64,000 nt of DNA from Paenibacillus sp. (lineage in GTDB: Bacteria > Bacillota > Bacilli > Paenibacillales > YIM-B00363), in the NCBI GenBank assembly GCA_044353165.1, contig JBILCM010000002.1, positions 31,477-95,476 of the forward strand, given 5' to 3'. The notes below the pieces were generated by a model that ran no database searches, was not told where the DNA came from, and saw only the letters and a program-made list of their open reading frames with translations. Every line of letters begins with the position of its first letter. The first letter of the stretch is position 1. The translations under genes and the position numbers were made by a program. Shown here piece after piece: positions 19,320 through 29,818 of the stretch.

Positions 19320-20996
19320 TTACACTTCCATGATTATCGGTAAAATCATCGGTCTTCTTCTGGTTTGTTCATATAAGAATCGTCCTAATGCATCCTTAAC
19401 TTGTGTCTTTAGTGAAGTCCATTCATTGACATTCTCACTCATCAATCGACTTAATGTGTTGGATACGATTTTTGTTGCCTCTTCAAGTAACCCTTCGGAT
19501 TCGCGCACATAGACAAATCCACGTGAAATAATATCTGGTCCTGATAAGATCTTTCCTTCTTGTTTGCTTAACGTGACGACTACGACCAGAATTCCATCTT
19601 GCGAGAGCAATTTCCTATCGCGCAACACAATGTTGCCGACATCACCAACACCTAGGCCATCGATAAGCACATTTCCTGCAGACACTTTGTTTCCTTTACG
19701 AGCTTCGCCACCCATAATTTCCACCGTATCTCCGATATCAAGCAGGAATATGTTCTCTTTCTCCACCCCAACCGATTGAGCCAGCAACGCATGATGCTTT
19801 AACATACGATATTCACCGTGGATGGGTATAAAAAATTTCGGCTTCATCAGGTTGAGCATCAGCTTTAACTCTTCTTGGCTTCCATGCCCGGAAACGTGGA
19901 CACCGGTTATGGAACCAGGCCCATAAATGACATTCGCTCCTAGACGGAATAACTCATCGACTGTTCGGCCCACATATCGTTCATTGCCTGGTATCGGTGT
20001 TGCTGCAATAACAACCGTGTCACCTGGCAAGATATCAAGTTTCTTGTGTGTGGACCTCGCCATTCGTGTCAATGCCGACATCGGTTCACCTTGGCTACCC
20101 GTTGAAAGAATCACAACTTGATTCGCTGGAAGTCGATTCGCCACTTCGGATTCAATCAACATGCCATCAGGAATGTCCAAATATCCGAGTTCATTGGCAA
20201 TTGTAACGACGTTAATCATACTTCTCCCGATTACAGTCACTTTTCGACCTGTCATGATTGCAGCCTCGAATACTTGTTGTACACGATGTATGTTAGAAGC
20301 GAATGTAGCCACAACAACACGTTGCTCCGAACGTCGAAACACCTCAATCAACTCATCGCCAACCGTTTTCTCTGATGGCGTAAAGCCAGTTCTCTCAGCA
20401 TTCGTGCTTTCAGATAAAAGACAAAGCACACCTTTACTGCCAATCTCAGCCATGCGATGGATGTCGGCAAATTGATTATGCACAGGCGTATAGTCGAATT
20501 TAAAATCGCCAGTATGCACAATGACACCTTCTGGTGTATCCAAAGCAATACCCACGGAGTCTGGAATGCTGTGATTTGTTCGAAAGAATGAGGCTGTAAT
20601 TGTCCCAAAGTGAAGTATCGAATTGTTCTGAATTAACACTCGTTTCGTTTCACCGAGCAGATTGGCTTCCTTCAACTTGCTTTCAATCAAGCCTAAAGTC
20701 AGTTTCGTGCCGTAAACTGGCACATTCAAATGCTTAAGCACATAAGGCAAACCACCGATGTGATCTTCGTGGCCGTGCGTGACAATGATCCCTCTCACTT
20801 TATCCTTGTTTTCTGTTAAGAAACTGATGTCTGGAATAACCACATCAATTCCAAGCATGTCTTCTTCCGGAAATTTCAATCCAACATCAATGACTACAAT
20901 ATCATTCGCATACTGAACCACATACATATTTTTCCCAATTTCGCCCACGCCGCCAAGGGCCAAAATGGTCAGTTTATCATGAATTTTCTTTGCCAA
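19320..20996 (-). CDS. rnj: ribonuclease J
   Basis: Metallo-beta-lactamase motif HGHEDHIGG, beta-CASP domain and C-terminal domain. 558 aa. TTG start at 20996 with GAGGAGGT 7 nt upstream. Confidence 0.94.
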   Translation of the reverse strand: MAKKIHDKLTILALGGVGEIGKNMYVVQYANDIVVIDVGLKFPEEDMLGIDVVIPDISFLTENKDKVRGIIVTHGHEDHIGGLPYVLKHLNVPVYGTKLTLGLIESKLKEANLLGETKRVLIQNNSILHFGTITASFFRTNHSIPDSVGIALDTPEGVIVHTGDFKFDYTPVHNQFADIHRMAEIGSKGVLCLLSESTNAERTGFTPSEKTVGDELIEVFRRSEQRVVVATFASNIHRVQQVFEAAIMTGRKVTVIGRSMINVVTIANELGYLDIPDGMLIESEVANRLPANQVVILSTGSQGEPMSALTRMARSTHKKLDILPGDTVVIAATPIPGNERYVGRTVDELFRLGANVIYGPGSITGVHVSGHGSQEELKLMLNLMKPKFFIPIHGEYRMLKHHALLAQSVGVEKENIFLLDIGDTVEIMGGEARKGNKVSAGNVLIDGLGVGDVGNIVLRDRKLLSQDGILVVVVTLSKQEGKILSGPDIISRGFVYVRESEGLLEEATKIVSNTLSRLMSENVNEWTSLKTQVKDALGRFLYEQTRRRPMILPIIMEV

Positions 20997-21094
20997 CCAG
21001 TAAACCTCCTCTGTAATTTTGGCGACGATCTATATGAAACACAAACCATGCCGATACCCATTACGATTACAACAACGTACTTGTCACTTTCACC

Positions 21095-21123
21095 ATTATA
21101 GTAAACGCAGAATACAAACTCAA
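21095..21123 (-). promoter_or_regulatory. sigma-A-type promoter of rnj (TTGAGT-N17-TATAAT)
   Basis: Minus strand: TTGAGT at 21123-21118 and TATAAT at 21100-21095, spacer 17 nt. The leader would be about 95 nt. Confidence 0.55.
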
Positions 21124-21146
21124 GTTATACCTCATACGTCACGATG

Positions 21147-21175
21147 AAAAGCTCGTCTCCATGGGAGACGAGCTT
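21147..21175 (-). terminator. intrinsic terminator after dapA
   Basis: aagctcgtctcc pairs with ggagacgagctt (21149-21174). It is followed on the minus strand by TTTTC and starts 3 nt after the dapA stop. Confidence 0.8.
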
Positions 21176-21177
21176 GA

Positions 21178-22071
21178 TCAACTATGTTCGAATGTCAGCA
21201 TCAATTGTTCTATGAAAGCCGCTTCTTCAGACGTCGCCTCTACAAGAGGTAATCGAACTCCACCGCAATCCATTCCGTTCGCTTTCAAAGCATATTTGAT
21301 CGGGACAGGATTGGGGACACGGTGGGGGCAATAAAACAAACCGTTAAAAATAGGTGTTAACCTGGCATGCAATTGAGCAGCTTGTTGAACTTGCCCATTC
21401 AAATAGGCATGAATCATCTGCTTCATGATCTTGCCCACGATGTGACTCGCCACACTAATAATTCCGTGTCCACCTATGCTCAACACTGGAAGCGTTAAAT
21501 TGTCATCTCCGCTGTAAAGTCGGAACCCAGGTGGCGCCTTAGCAATAATTTGTGACATTTGTTCTAGGTCACCGCTTGATTCTTTTACAGCAACGATATG
21601 AGGGTGATTCGCCAGACGGAGAATCGTCTCTGGTAAAATGTTTATACCTGTGCGTGAAGGAATGTTATAAATTACAATTGGCAATGAAACTTGATCAGCA
21701 ACAGAAACAAAATGTCTGTATAAACCTTCTTGCGAAGTTCGATTGTAATAAGGAGCAACGAGCATAATCCCATCGACACCCAATTTCTCCGCTTCCTTAG
21801 AGAGATGGATAGAATGTAAGGTATCATTCGAACCAGTGCCCGCGATTATTTTGGCGCGTCCTCCCGTCTTGCGAACGACAAACTCAAACAACTGTAATTT
21901 TTCATCATCTGTAAGGGTCGGTGACTCTCCTGTCGTGCCTGCAACAACTAACCCATCATTGTGCTGTTGTTCAACGAGATGCTCAATCAAATGTGCTGTC
22001 TGATTCCAATCGATGCTCAATTGATGATCGAAGGGAGTGACCATTGCAGAAATCAATCTTCCGAAATCCAC
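21178..22071 (-). CDS. dapA: 4-hydroxy-tetrahydrodipicolinate synthase
   Basis: AMVTPF...GLVVAGTTGESPTL...Y..P.. are canonical DapA motifs. 297 aa. Confidence 0.95.
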   Translation of the reverse strand: MDFGRLISAMVTPFDHQLSIDWNQTAHLIEHLVEQQHNDGLVVAGTTGESPTLTDDEKLQLFEFVVRKTGGRAKIIAGTGSNDTLHSIHLSKEAEKLGVDGIMLVAPYYNRTSQEGLYRHFVSVADQVSLPIVIYNIPSRTGINILPETILRLANHPHIVAVKESSGDLEQMSQIIAKAPPGFRLYSGDDNLTLPVLSIGGHGIISVASHIVGKIMKQMIHAYLNGQVQQAAQLHARLTPIFNGLFYCPHRVPNPVPIKYALKANGMDCGGVRLPLVEATSEEAAFIEQLMLTFEHS

Positions 22072-22091
22072 TTGCCGTTCCTCCCATTCTT

Positions 22092-23135
22092 TTACTTGTC
22101 TTGGCTCTTCGCAATATGTTCAGCAATCTGAATTGCATTCCACGCTGCGCCTTTCAATAAGTTGTCTGAAACAACCCACATATTTAAAGCCTTTGACTCA
22201 GATAAATCTCTGCGTACACGACCAACGAATACTTCTAATTTGCCAGTTGCATGTGTGGCTAATGGATAAAGTTGACTTGACGGATCATCTTGCAACTGAA
22301 CTCCAGGGGCTTGGGCTAACAACGTACGAACCTCTTCAAGATCAAAATCGTGCATAAACTCTACATAAATGGACTCAGAGTGACCATTAAGAACAGGAAT
22401 ACGCACGCATGTTGCCGTAACATCAATGCTTTCGTCACTCATAATTTTCTTGGTTTCGCGCACCATCTTCATTTCCTCAAGTGTAAACCCATTTTCTTGA
22501 AACTTATCAATTTGAGGGATTGCGTTAAATGCAATCTGATGTTTGGCGGGTAACGAAGAAACCGGCAATATGTCAGGCTTGATGTCCTCGTGGTCGATGA
22601 AGGCTCTTGTTTGACGGATTGTCTCTTCCACAGCACGCGCACCCGCGCCGGAAACCGCTTGGTAAGTGGAGACGATAATTTTCTTGATCCCGTACCGATC
22701 ATGCAAAGGTTTTAAAGCTACAACCATCTGAATCGTAGAGCAATTGGGATTGGCAATAACACCTTTATGCTCAGCAATGTGGTGAGGATTAACCTCAGGA
22801 ACAACCAAAGGAACCTCAGGGTCCATACGGAATGCATTCGTATTATCAATGCATACTGCCCCATGCGCAATAGCGTGAGGAACAAGTGCCTTGCTGACAT
22901 CGCCCCCTGCACTGAACAAAGCAATTTCTACGCCGCGAAAACTGTCAGGTGTAGCTTCTTCTACGGTGTATTCATGATTGCGAAAACTTATTTTTGTGCC
23001 TGCCGAACGCGATGAAGACAATAACTTTAATTGAGATATTGGAAAGTTTCGTTCTTCAAGAAGCTGCAAAATTTGTTCCCCTACCGCGCCCGTTGCTCCG
23101 ACGACAGCAACATAAAAATGTTTCGTTTCAGCCAT
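22092..23135 (-). CDS. asd: aspartate-semialdehyde dehydrogenase
   Basis: VAVVGATGAVG Rossmann motif and active-site NPNCSTI. Start re-set to the ATG at 23135 (MAETKHFYVAVVG), with GGGAGAG upstream. The ORF-track start overlaps dpaB. Confidence 0.95.
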   Translation of the reverse strand: MAETKHFYVAVVGATGAVGEQILQLLEERNFPISQLKLLSSSRSAGTKISFRNHEYTVEEATPDSFRGVEIALFSAGGDVSKALVPHAIAHGAVCIDNTNAFRMDPEVPLVVPEVNPHHIAEHKGVIANPNCSTIQMVVALKPLHDRYGIKKIIVSTYQAVSGAGARAVEETIRQTRAFIDHEDIKPDILPVSSLPAKHQIAFNAIPQIDKFQENGFTLEEMKMVRETKKIMSDESIDVTATCVRIPVLNGHSESIYVEFMHDFDLEEVRTLLAQAPGVQLQDDPSSQLYPLATHATGKLEVFVGRVRRDLSESKALNMWVVSDNLLKGAAWNAIQIAEHIAKSQDK

Positions 23136-23164
23136 TCGAACTCTCTCCCTGTGATGAATCACGA

Positions 23165-23761
23165 CTATGAATGTTGAAAATGTTCGATCAACATCGGTTG
23201 CAGCTGTCTGCCCTCTAATGCCGCCTCGCAAGTTTCCACGACCAAATCCATACGCGCGACAAGTGAATTAGGTTTCTTCATCGGCGCATCTTGCCCATAT
23301 GGAACAAAATACACATTCTTCGTGATCATTAATTTGGCAATATTAAAACTGTTCAATCCTAATCCATCATTCGTTGAAATTGCTAGAACAAGTGGTCTGC
23401 AATTGCGCATCTGAGCTTTGGCTGCCATTAAGACAGCACTTTCCGTCATCGCATTCGCTAATTTACTCATTGTGTTGCCTGTACAAGGAGCAATGGCCAT
23501 CACGTCTAATAGTTTTGCAGGGCCCAGTGGCTCAGCATCAACAATTGAGGAAATAATATCATTTCCGGTTATTTCTTTCAACTTTTTTTGCCAATCATCC
23601 GCTTTCCCAAATCGCGTGTCTGTGATAAGTACACTATTTGAAATAATTGGAATCACTCTGGCGCCAGCATCAACAAATCTTTGGATTTGGGACAGTACTT
23701 CTTCCAATGTGCAATGTGAACCCGTTAATGCATAACCAACCGTTTTCCCGTACCAATTCAT
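23165..23761 (-). CDS. dpaB: dipicolinate synthase subunit B
   Basis: Flavoprotein-fold SpoVFB sequence (GYALTGSHCT...). 198 aa. Overlaps the dpaA stop by 4 nt. Confidence 0.92.
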   Translation of the reverse strand: MNWYGKTVGYALTGSHCTLEEVLSQIQRFVDAGARVIPIISNSVLITDTRFGKADDWQKKLKEITGNDIISSIVDAEPLGPAKLLDVMAIAPCTGNTMSKLANAMTESAVLMAAKAQMRNCRPLVLAISTNDGLGLNSFNIAKLMITKNVYFVPYGQDAPMKKPNSLVARMDLVVETCEAALEGRQLQPMLIEHFQHS

Positions 23762-24657
23762 TCCATCGTCCCCCTTTTCACAACATCTTGCATAATGATT
23801 TGACTCACAATAGATGCAAGTATTCGTCCTGCAGTTTTTGGCGCTACGATTCCGGGTAATCCTGGTGCGAGAATTGCCTTTATCCCGCGTCGCTCTGCAA
23901 ATCGAAAATCCGTACCTCCGGGTTTGGAGGCTAAATCAATGATGACAGTTCGCTGCGGCATCGATGCAATAACTTGCGCTGTAATCAATAGGGACGGGAC
24001 GGTATTAAAAACCAAGTCCGCGTTACTGACGAGTGATTGTAAATTGTCGGTGTAGAAAGGATCGAATTTCATCTCATAAGCCCTGGCAAAATGCTCTTCT
24101 TTTCGTAATCCCACACGTACGTTAGCTCCCAATCCTTGCAGCACCCGAGCCATTGTGATCCCAGTTCGGCCAAAACCAAGGACCAGGGCCGTTGAATCGT
24201 GAATAGTAATGTCTGTATTTTGGATCGCTAGCATCAGCGCGCCTTCCGCGGTTGGAATGGAATTGAAGATAGCCACATCGTCCCGTTCAAATAACTCAAC
24301 AAGAGAGATATCGTATTTGGAGCAAATTTTTCGTAGATACGGCTTTGCGAGTCCTGTATAAATTTTAGCGTGTTTTGGCAAATTTTCGATGTGAGATTCC
24401 ATAATCTTAAGAGCTTTTGATGAAAATACAGCATCGATATAACCAAAATCATCCGTTCCTACAGCAGGTAGCAACACGACGTCCTGATTTGCCAACACTT
24501 CTTCTGTCAATTCAGCGTGAATCGTACCTTGAATCATATGATTTAAGTGATCAAAACCAATCAAGGTGACCGAAGCATCCAATTGCACCATACGTTGTAT
24601 CATTTCGAGTTGACGGGCATCTCCGCCTACAAAAACAATGTGCGAACCGGTAAGCAT
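23758..24657 (-). CDS. dpaA: dipicolinate synthase subunit A
   Basis: SpoVFA-like protein with an NAD-binding domain (LVLGFGRTG). 299 aa. Confidence 0.92.
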   Translation of the reverse strand: MLTGSHIVFVGGDARQLEMIQRMVQLDASVTLIGFDHLNHMIQGTIHAELTEEVLANQDVVLLPAVGTDDFGYIDAVFSSKALKIMESHIENLPKHAKIYTGLAKPYLRKICSKYDISLVELFERDDVAIFNSIPTAEGALMLAIQNTDITIHDSTALVLGFGRTGITMARVLQGLGANVRVGLRKEEHFARAYEMKFDPFYTDNLQSLVSNADLVFNTVPSLLITAQVIASMPQRTVIIDLASKPGGTDFRFAERRGIKAILAPGLPGIVAPKTAGRILASIVSQIIMQDVVKRGTME

Positions 24658-24696
24658 AATGATGTGCTCCTTTCGGTTGGCGTTAAAAATATACGA

Positions 24697-24726
24697 TATT
24701 GTATGGGTTCTGCCTAAGATTGGTTA
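24697..24726 (-). promoter_or_regulatory. mother-cell sigma-K-like promoter of dpaAB (AC-N17-CATACAATA)
   Basis: Minus strand: CATACAATA at 24705-24697 fits the sigma-K -10 consensus CATA---TA, with AC about 17 nt upstream. B. subtilis spoVF is sigma-K dependent. Confidence 0.4.
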
Positions 24727-24749
24727 CAAAAAAAACGCCATCGGCGTTT
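24727..24749 (-). terminator. intrinsic terminator after dut
   Basis: aaacgcc (24733-24739) pairs with ggcgttt (24743-24749). It is followed on the minus strand by TTTTTTTTG. Confidence 0.8.
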
Positions 24750-24775
24750 GTAAGTTTTACGTATGAAATCATTGT

Positions 24776-25228
24776 TTACACTCCGGTATGTCCAAACCCA
24801 CCTGCACCGCGCTTTGTCTCATCAAGTTCCATCGTTTCTGACAAATCAACAATTGGAACAGTCTGAAACACCATCTGGGCAATGCGCTCCCCTCGTTGAA
24901 CCACGAATGGCTCCGGTCCTAAGTTGATCAACAATACTTTAATCTCACCTCGATAATCCGCGTCGATTGTGCCTGGCGTATTTAAAGTAGTAATGCCAAA
25001 TTTATAAGCCAGTCCACTACGCGGTCGAATTTGTGCCTCTAGACCTGTCGGCATAGAGAGTGCAAAACCCGTAGGAATTAATTTCCGCTCCCCAGGTTTG
25101 AGTGTCACAGGAACGTCCACTGCTGCGTGGATGTCATAACCGCTGGCACCGATGGACATCTTGACGGGTAGAGGCAAATTTTCCCCGCTAGGAAGTCTTC
25201 TGATGTCAACTTGGAATTTTTGTTGCAT
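24776..25228 (-). CDS. dut: dUTP diphosphatase (trimeric dUTPase)
   Basis: GASGYDI, RPRSGLA, GTIDADYRGEI and the C-terminal RGAGGFGHTG motifs. SD GGAGGGA 5 nt upstream. Overlaps the mlpA 3' end by 23 nt. Confidence 0.94.
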   Translation of the reverse strand: MQQKFQVDIRRLPSGENLPLPVKMSIGASGYDIHAAVDVPVTLKPGERKLIPTGFALSMPTGLEAQIRPRSGLAYKFGITTLNTPGTIDADYRGEIKVLLINLGPEPFVVQRGERIAQMVFQTVPIVDLSETMELDETKRGAGGFGHTGV

Positions 25229-26468
25229 ATTGATCCCTCCATTTCAGTAAAGCTTTATCTGAATTGCCGACCATGGCTGTTGCGCAAGGAGATGAGAACA
25301 CACGTTGGATGAGTTTTTGAATATCCTCGTTAGTTACATTTTCAATTCGATGGATTAATTCATCAAGACTGAATTGTCTGCCTTGTATGAGTTCATTCTT
25401 ACCATTACGTGTCATGCGACTATTGGTGCTCTCCAAACCAATAATCAAACTGCCTTTCATTTGTTCCTTGCCCCTGCGAAGTTCATCCGCTGTTATGCCA
25501 TTCATGCGTAATTGTTCGATAATTTCTTCCGTTAACCGCAACACTTCTGTTGTTTGTTTCGGTGAGGTCCCCAAATATAAAGTAAAGAGACCCCCATCAA
25601 TGAATGACGTGTGATAGGAGTAAATCGAATAAGCCAAACCATGTTTTTCTCGAATTTCTTGAAATAAACGAGAACTCATCCCGCCGCCAACGGCGTTGTT
25701 TAATAAAATCATTCCATACAATAAAGGATCGTCCAAAGAGCATCCAGGCAATGAAATGCAAATATGATTCTGTTCGGTTTTCTTTCTTAAAAACTCATGT
25801 CCTGAAAGAAATGTGGGTGCTTCTGTCGGAGGAGTCACAAAAGTATTATGCACATTACCAAAATGTTGTTCGAACAACTGAATCATCGAATCATCAATAT
25901 TGCCTGCTACGCTAATCACAATCGAATCCGTACCATAATGAGCTTGTACATATTCCTGTAAATCGGTCGTCAACATAGCATGTAAGTTCGTTTCCGTACC
26001 AAGTATCGGATAACCTAACGGATGATGTCCGTATGCAGCACGTGCAATCATATCATGAACTCGATCATCAGGCGTGTCCTCATACATCGAGATTTCTTCA
26101 ATAATGACTTTCTTCTCTTTGGCAATATCTTCTGAAGTGAAACGTGAACAAAAAATCATGTTTGCAAGCGTATCGACCGCGATGGGCACATGCTCGTCTA
26201 AAACTTTTGCATAATAACAAGTGTATTCCTTCGATGTAAATGCATTCACATTCCCGCCTATACCGTCGAATACATCGGCGATGTCCTTGGCAGTGAATCG
26301 ATCCGTTCCTTTAAACAGCATATGCTCAACGAAATGAGAGATCCCATTCTGCTGGGCACTTTCATGTCGAGAACCTGTTTTTACCCAAATGCCGAACGAA
26401 ACTGAGCGGCATGCTGGCATATGCTCCAACACAATCCGAACTCCGTTCGAAAGCGTTCTTTTTATCAC
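25206..26468 (-). CDS. mlpA: M16 family zinc peptidase (MlpA/YmxG-like)
   Basis: GISHFVEHMLFKGT HxxEH motif. Start re-set to the GTG at 26468 (VIKRTLSNGVRIV), with GGGAGGAAAG 3 nt upstream. Confidence 0.9.
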   Translation of the reverse strand: MIKRTLSNGVRIVLEHMPACRSVSFGIWVKTGSRHESAQQNGISHFVEHMLFKGTDRFTAKDIADVFDGIGGNVNAFTSKEYTCYYAKVLDEHVPIAVDTLANMIFCSRFTSEDIAKEKKVIIEEISMYEDTPDDRVHDMIARAAYGHHPLGYPILGTETNLHAMLTTDLQEYVQAHYGTDSIVISVAGNIDDSMIQLFEQHFGNVHNTFVTPPTEAPTFLSGHEFLRKKTEQNHICISLPGCSLDDPLLYGMILLNNAVGGGMSSRLFQEIREKHGLAYSIYSYHTSFIDGGLFTLYLGTSPKQTTEVLRLTEEIIEQLRMNGITADELRRGKEQMKGSLIIGLESTNSRMTRNGKNELIQGRQFSLDELIHRIENVTNEDIQKLIQRVFSSPCATAMVGNSDKALLKWRDQYATKIPS

Positions 26469-26513
26469 ATGCTTTCCTCCCAAAACATACAACCCGTATG
26501 ATGTTAGATATTA

Positions 26514-27491
26514 TCAGAAACGCGACATGGGCTCAACTGTAATGACACGTTCCGGGGATATGAGGTCACTGACAGTACCAATTGTTAATCCTTTATGTTT
26601 TGCTTCGCGTATAATACCGCGCAACGCCCCTGTGGCACTTCGGGTTGGATGCATTAATATCAACGATCCTGCTTCTAATCTTGATGCGATCTTTCTAACG
26701 ACAGTATCCGCTGGCGGTTCTTTCCAATCCACCGTGTCAAGCGTCCAAAGAACGGTTTGTAAGCCTAAATCATGGGCAACTTTTACTGTGTTTTCATCAT
26801 AGTCACCTGATGGAGGAGCAAACAATCGATTATCTGCCCCGACAATATCTTTGATGAGCTGTTGCGTCTGCTCTAGCTCCACACGTGCTTGCTGATTCGA
26901 TAAACCACTCATGTTCGCATGCGAGTAAGCGTGATTTGCACACTCATGACCTTCCGAAGCTATCAATTTCGCTACATCCGGGTGTTCACGCAACCATGAA
27001 CCCAAGAAAAAGAATGTGGCCTTCACATTTTCTTCCCGAAGTATTGCTAACATGGCGGGAATATTTTCTTCCTTCCATGCCACGTTAATCATCAAAGAGA
27101 TCATCTGTTTCTTTGGGTTACCCTTGTAAATAGGCACGGCACCAAGATCTTTCAGTTGCACTTGAGGTGAAATTTCACGGTATACGAAAGGGATGGTTGT
27201 TTGAGTTTTTTGTTGAACCATCAACTTGTATGTTTGATCAATGTCTACTTCACGGCCATTCAACCCAGGGATCGCTTTCCAAATAGGATCGACCCTTGCA
27301 TTGATAGGTTCAATGCGTTCTCCTTCAGATTCAATCAGGATGCGTTCATATAATGTGCTTGGATCCAAAGTTGACTTCCACTTCACTGCGGCAACATAGT
27401 GGGCAATCGAGCCTGATTGATTAATTGCGAGGAATACAACTATAAAAAAAATGAACATAACGATGGTTTGCTTCAAAAATGGTTTCAACAT
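26514..27491 (-). CDS. ylxY: polysaccharide deacetylase family sporulation protein (YlxY/PdaB-like)
   Basis: NodB-homology domain (FFFLGSWLREHPDV...HECANHAYSH...LMHP). Start re-set to the ATG at 27491 (MLKPFLKQTIV, TM/signal anchor), with TAGGAGGT upstream. The ORF-track extension would cover the pnp terminator. Confidence 0.88.
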   Translation of the reverse strand: MLKPFLKQTIVMFIFFIVVFLAINQSGSIAHYVAAVKWKSTLDPSTLYERILIESEGERIEPINARVDPIWKAIPGLNGREVDIDQTYKLMVQQKTQTTIPFVYREISPQVQLKDLGAVPIYKGNPKKQMISLMINVAWKEENIPAMLAILREENVKATFFFLGSWLREHPDVAKLIASEGHECANHAYSHANMSGLSNQQARVELEQTQQLIKDIVGADNRLFAPPSGDYDENTVKVAHDLGLQTVLWTLDTVDWKEPPADTVVRKIASRLEAGSLILMHPTRSATGALRGIIREAKHKGLTIGTVSDLISPERVITVEPMSRF

Positions 27492-27540
27492 GCACAACCT
27501 CCTATCCGCGTAAACAATTGGGATAAGATAGAATGTATGC

Positions 27541-27574
27541 AAAAAAAAAAGAGGCAGAACTGTCGTCTGACTCT
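27541..27574 (-). terminator. intrinsic terminator after pnp
   Basis: gaggcaga (27551-27558) pairs with tctgactc (27566-27573) with one mismatch. It is followed on the minus strand by a T10 run (27550-27541). Confidence 0.8.
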
Positions 27575-27601
27575 TTTGATGATTAAAGGGTATCGACAAT
27601 A

Positions 27602-29728
27602 TTATGAAATCGTTGCTGGATTAGGTGACCCTTCACCCACTAAAACAGCTTTGCGGGACAGATTCACGCGCCCTTGTTGGTCGATTTCTGTGACTTTCAC
27701 AGTAATCGAATCCCCAATTGCTACGACATCTTCCGTCTTTGCAACTCGTTCGGTAGAAAGTTGTGAAATGTGCACTAGCCCTTCCTTACCTGGCAAAATT
27801 TCAACAAAAGCACCAAATTTTTCAACGCGTTTCACCTTGCCAAGATAAATCTCGCCAACAATCACTTCCCGAACAATGCCTTCAATAATGGCTTTGGCTT
27901 TTTCATTAGCATCTGCATTCGGTGAAGCAATAAATACGCGACCATCTTGTTCAATATCAATCTTGACTCCTGTTTCTTCGATGATCTTATTAATTATCTT
28001 ACCACCTGCGCCAATTACATCTCGAATTTTGTCTGGACTGATATTCATGACAGTGATTTTAGGTGCATATTGGGAAAGTTGTCCTCGTGGATGGGATATC
28101 GTTCTCATCATTTTGTCTAGAATGAACAACCGACCTTCTTTTGCTTGTGCCAGAGCCTCTTGTAAAATACTCCGATCGATCCCGTCAATCTTAATGTCCA
28201 TCTGAATGGCAGTTACACCTTCTGCTGTCCCTGCCACTTTAAAATCCATATCGCCCAGGTGGTCTTCCATTCCCTGAATATCTGTGAGCACCGTATATTG
28301 ATCGCCATTCTTAATTAAACCCATAGCGATCCCCGCGACTGGCGCTTTAATAGGCACCCCTGCATCCATCAAAGCCATTGTGCTTGCACAAATACTCGCT
28401 TGTGAGGTCGAACCGTTAGATTCCAACACTTCGGAGACGAGACGGATGGTATATGGGAACGTCTCTTCCGAGGGGATTACTTTGGATAATGCACGTTCAC
28501 CCAAAGCGCCATGACCGATTTCACGACGACCCGGAGGACGAAGCGGCCTAGCTTCACCTACAGAGAATGGCGGGAAATTGTAGTGATGCATGAATCGTTT
28601 GGAATCCTCCGCATCCAAGCCGTCAAGAATTTGTTCATCACCTAGGGCACCCAATGTGCAAATACTTAAAGCCTGTGTTTGACCGCGTGTGAACAACCCA
28701 GATCCATGCGTACGGGGAAGAATTGAAATATCGCAATCAATCGGACGAATTTCATTTACTTTCCGACCGTCAGGACGAACTTTGTCGTTCGTGATTAAAC
28801 GACGAACTTCCTCTTTCACAATATCATAAAGCACTTCATCGACATCCTTGAGCTTGTCCGGAGCATCCGCATACGCCACTGCAAAATAGGATTTCGTTTC
28901 GGCATTGATTGCATCAATCGCAACACTGCGCTCATGCTTTTCTGGAATTTTGACAGCTTGAATCAAACGTTGAGTTGCGTAATCTCTAACACGAGAATTG
29001 ATGTCAGAATCCACTTGATGCAATTTTACTTCCATCTTGGGGTTACCAGCCATCGCAACGAATTGTTCCTGTAATTCTACGATCTTCTGAATTTCTTGAT
29101 GCCCGAACATAATGGCTTCAAGCATAATTTCTTCGGGCACTTCGTTCGCTTCCGCTTCAACCATCATAATAGCATCTTTCGTGCCGGCAACAACAAGATA
29201 AACATCGGATTTTAATTCCTGTTCTGGTGTTGGGTTAATGATGAATTGACCATCAATTCGACCGACGATCACACCTCCGATTGGTCCATTGAACGGCACA
29301 TTAGAAATACTCAATGCTGCTGATGTGCCGATCATAGCTGCAATTTCCGGTGAGTTGTTTTGGTCTGCACTCATGACAAGGGCAACAATCTGAACATCAT
29401 TGCGAAATCCTTCTGGAAATAAAGGACGAATCGGGCGGTCCGTTAGCCGACTAGCCAGAATTGCTTTCTCGCTTGGTCGTCCTTCCCGCTTAATAAATCC
29501 ACCGGGAATTTTGCCGACAGCATACAACCGTTCTTCGTAATTAACTGTCAATGGAAAAAAATCAAGATCTTTCGGATCGGAAGAAGCCGTCACAGTGCAC
29601 AATACAACTGTGTCACCATAACGGACAAGAACGGCTCCGTTCGCTTGTTTCGCTAAACGCCCTGTTTCTAAAGTGAGCGGACGTCCAGCTAGATTCATCT
29701 GTACCTGCTTTACTGCTCCGGAATCCAT
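27602..29728 (-). CDS. pnp: polyribonucleotide nucleotidyltransferase (PNPase)
   Basis: Two RNase PH domains, a KH domain and an S1 domain ([33 protein letters not shown]). 708 aa. Confidence 0.98.
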   Translation of the reverse strand: MDSGAVKQVQMNLAGRPLTLETGRLAKQANGAVLVRYGDTVVLCTVTASSDPKDLDFFPLTVNYEERLYAVGKIPGGFIKREGRPSEKAILASRLTDRPIRPLFPEGFRNDVQIVALVMSADQNNSPEIAAMIGTSAALSISNVPFNGPIGGVIVGRIDGQFIINPTPEQELKSDVYLVVAGTKDAIMMVEAEANEVPEEIMLEAIMFGHQEIQKIVELQEQFVAMAGNPKMEVKLHQVDSDINSRVRDYATQRLIQAVKIPEKHERSVAIDAINAETKSYFAVAYADAPDKLKDVDEVLYDIVKEEVRRLITNDKVRPDGRKVNEIRPIDCDISILPRTHGSGLFTRGQTQALSICTLGALGDEQILDGLDAEDSKRFMHHYNFPPFSVGEARPLRPPGRREIGHGALGERALSKVIPSEETFPYTIRLVSEVLESNGSTSQASICASTMALMDAGVPIKAPVAGIAMGLIKNGDQYTVLTDIQGMEDHLGDMDFKVAGTAEGVTAIQMDIKIDGIDRSILQEALAQAKEGRLFILDKMMRTISHPRGQLSQYAPKITVMNISPDKIRDVIGAGGKIINKIIEETGVKIDIEQDGRVFIASPNADANEKAKAIIEGIVREVIVGEIYLGKVKRVEKFGAFVEILPGKEGLVHISQLSTERVAKTEDVVAIGDSITVKVTEIDQQGRVNLSRKAVLVGEGSPNPATIS

Positions 29729-29818
29729 AGAAAGCCTCCTTCAATTCAATATTTGACATATTCTGCATTCATTCTATTATTTCCTTCTTTAGTGAAATCA
29801 TTTCGCATGTAACAAAAG

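Noticed and set aside
27532-27539. A sigma-E-like -10 (CATACATT) upstream of ylxY.
   Set aside because: The position where a -35 (ATATT-like) should lie is occupied by the T10 tail of the pnp terminator, so there is no recognisable -35. The evidence is too weak to call.
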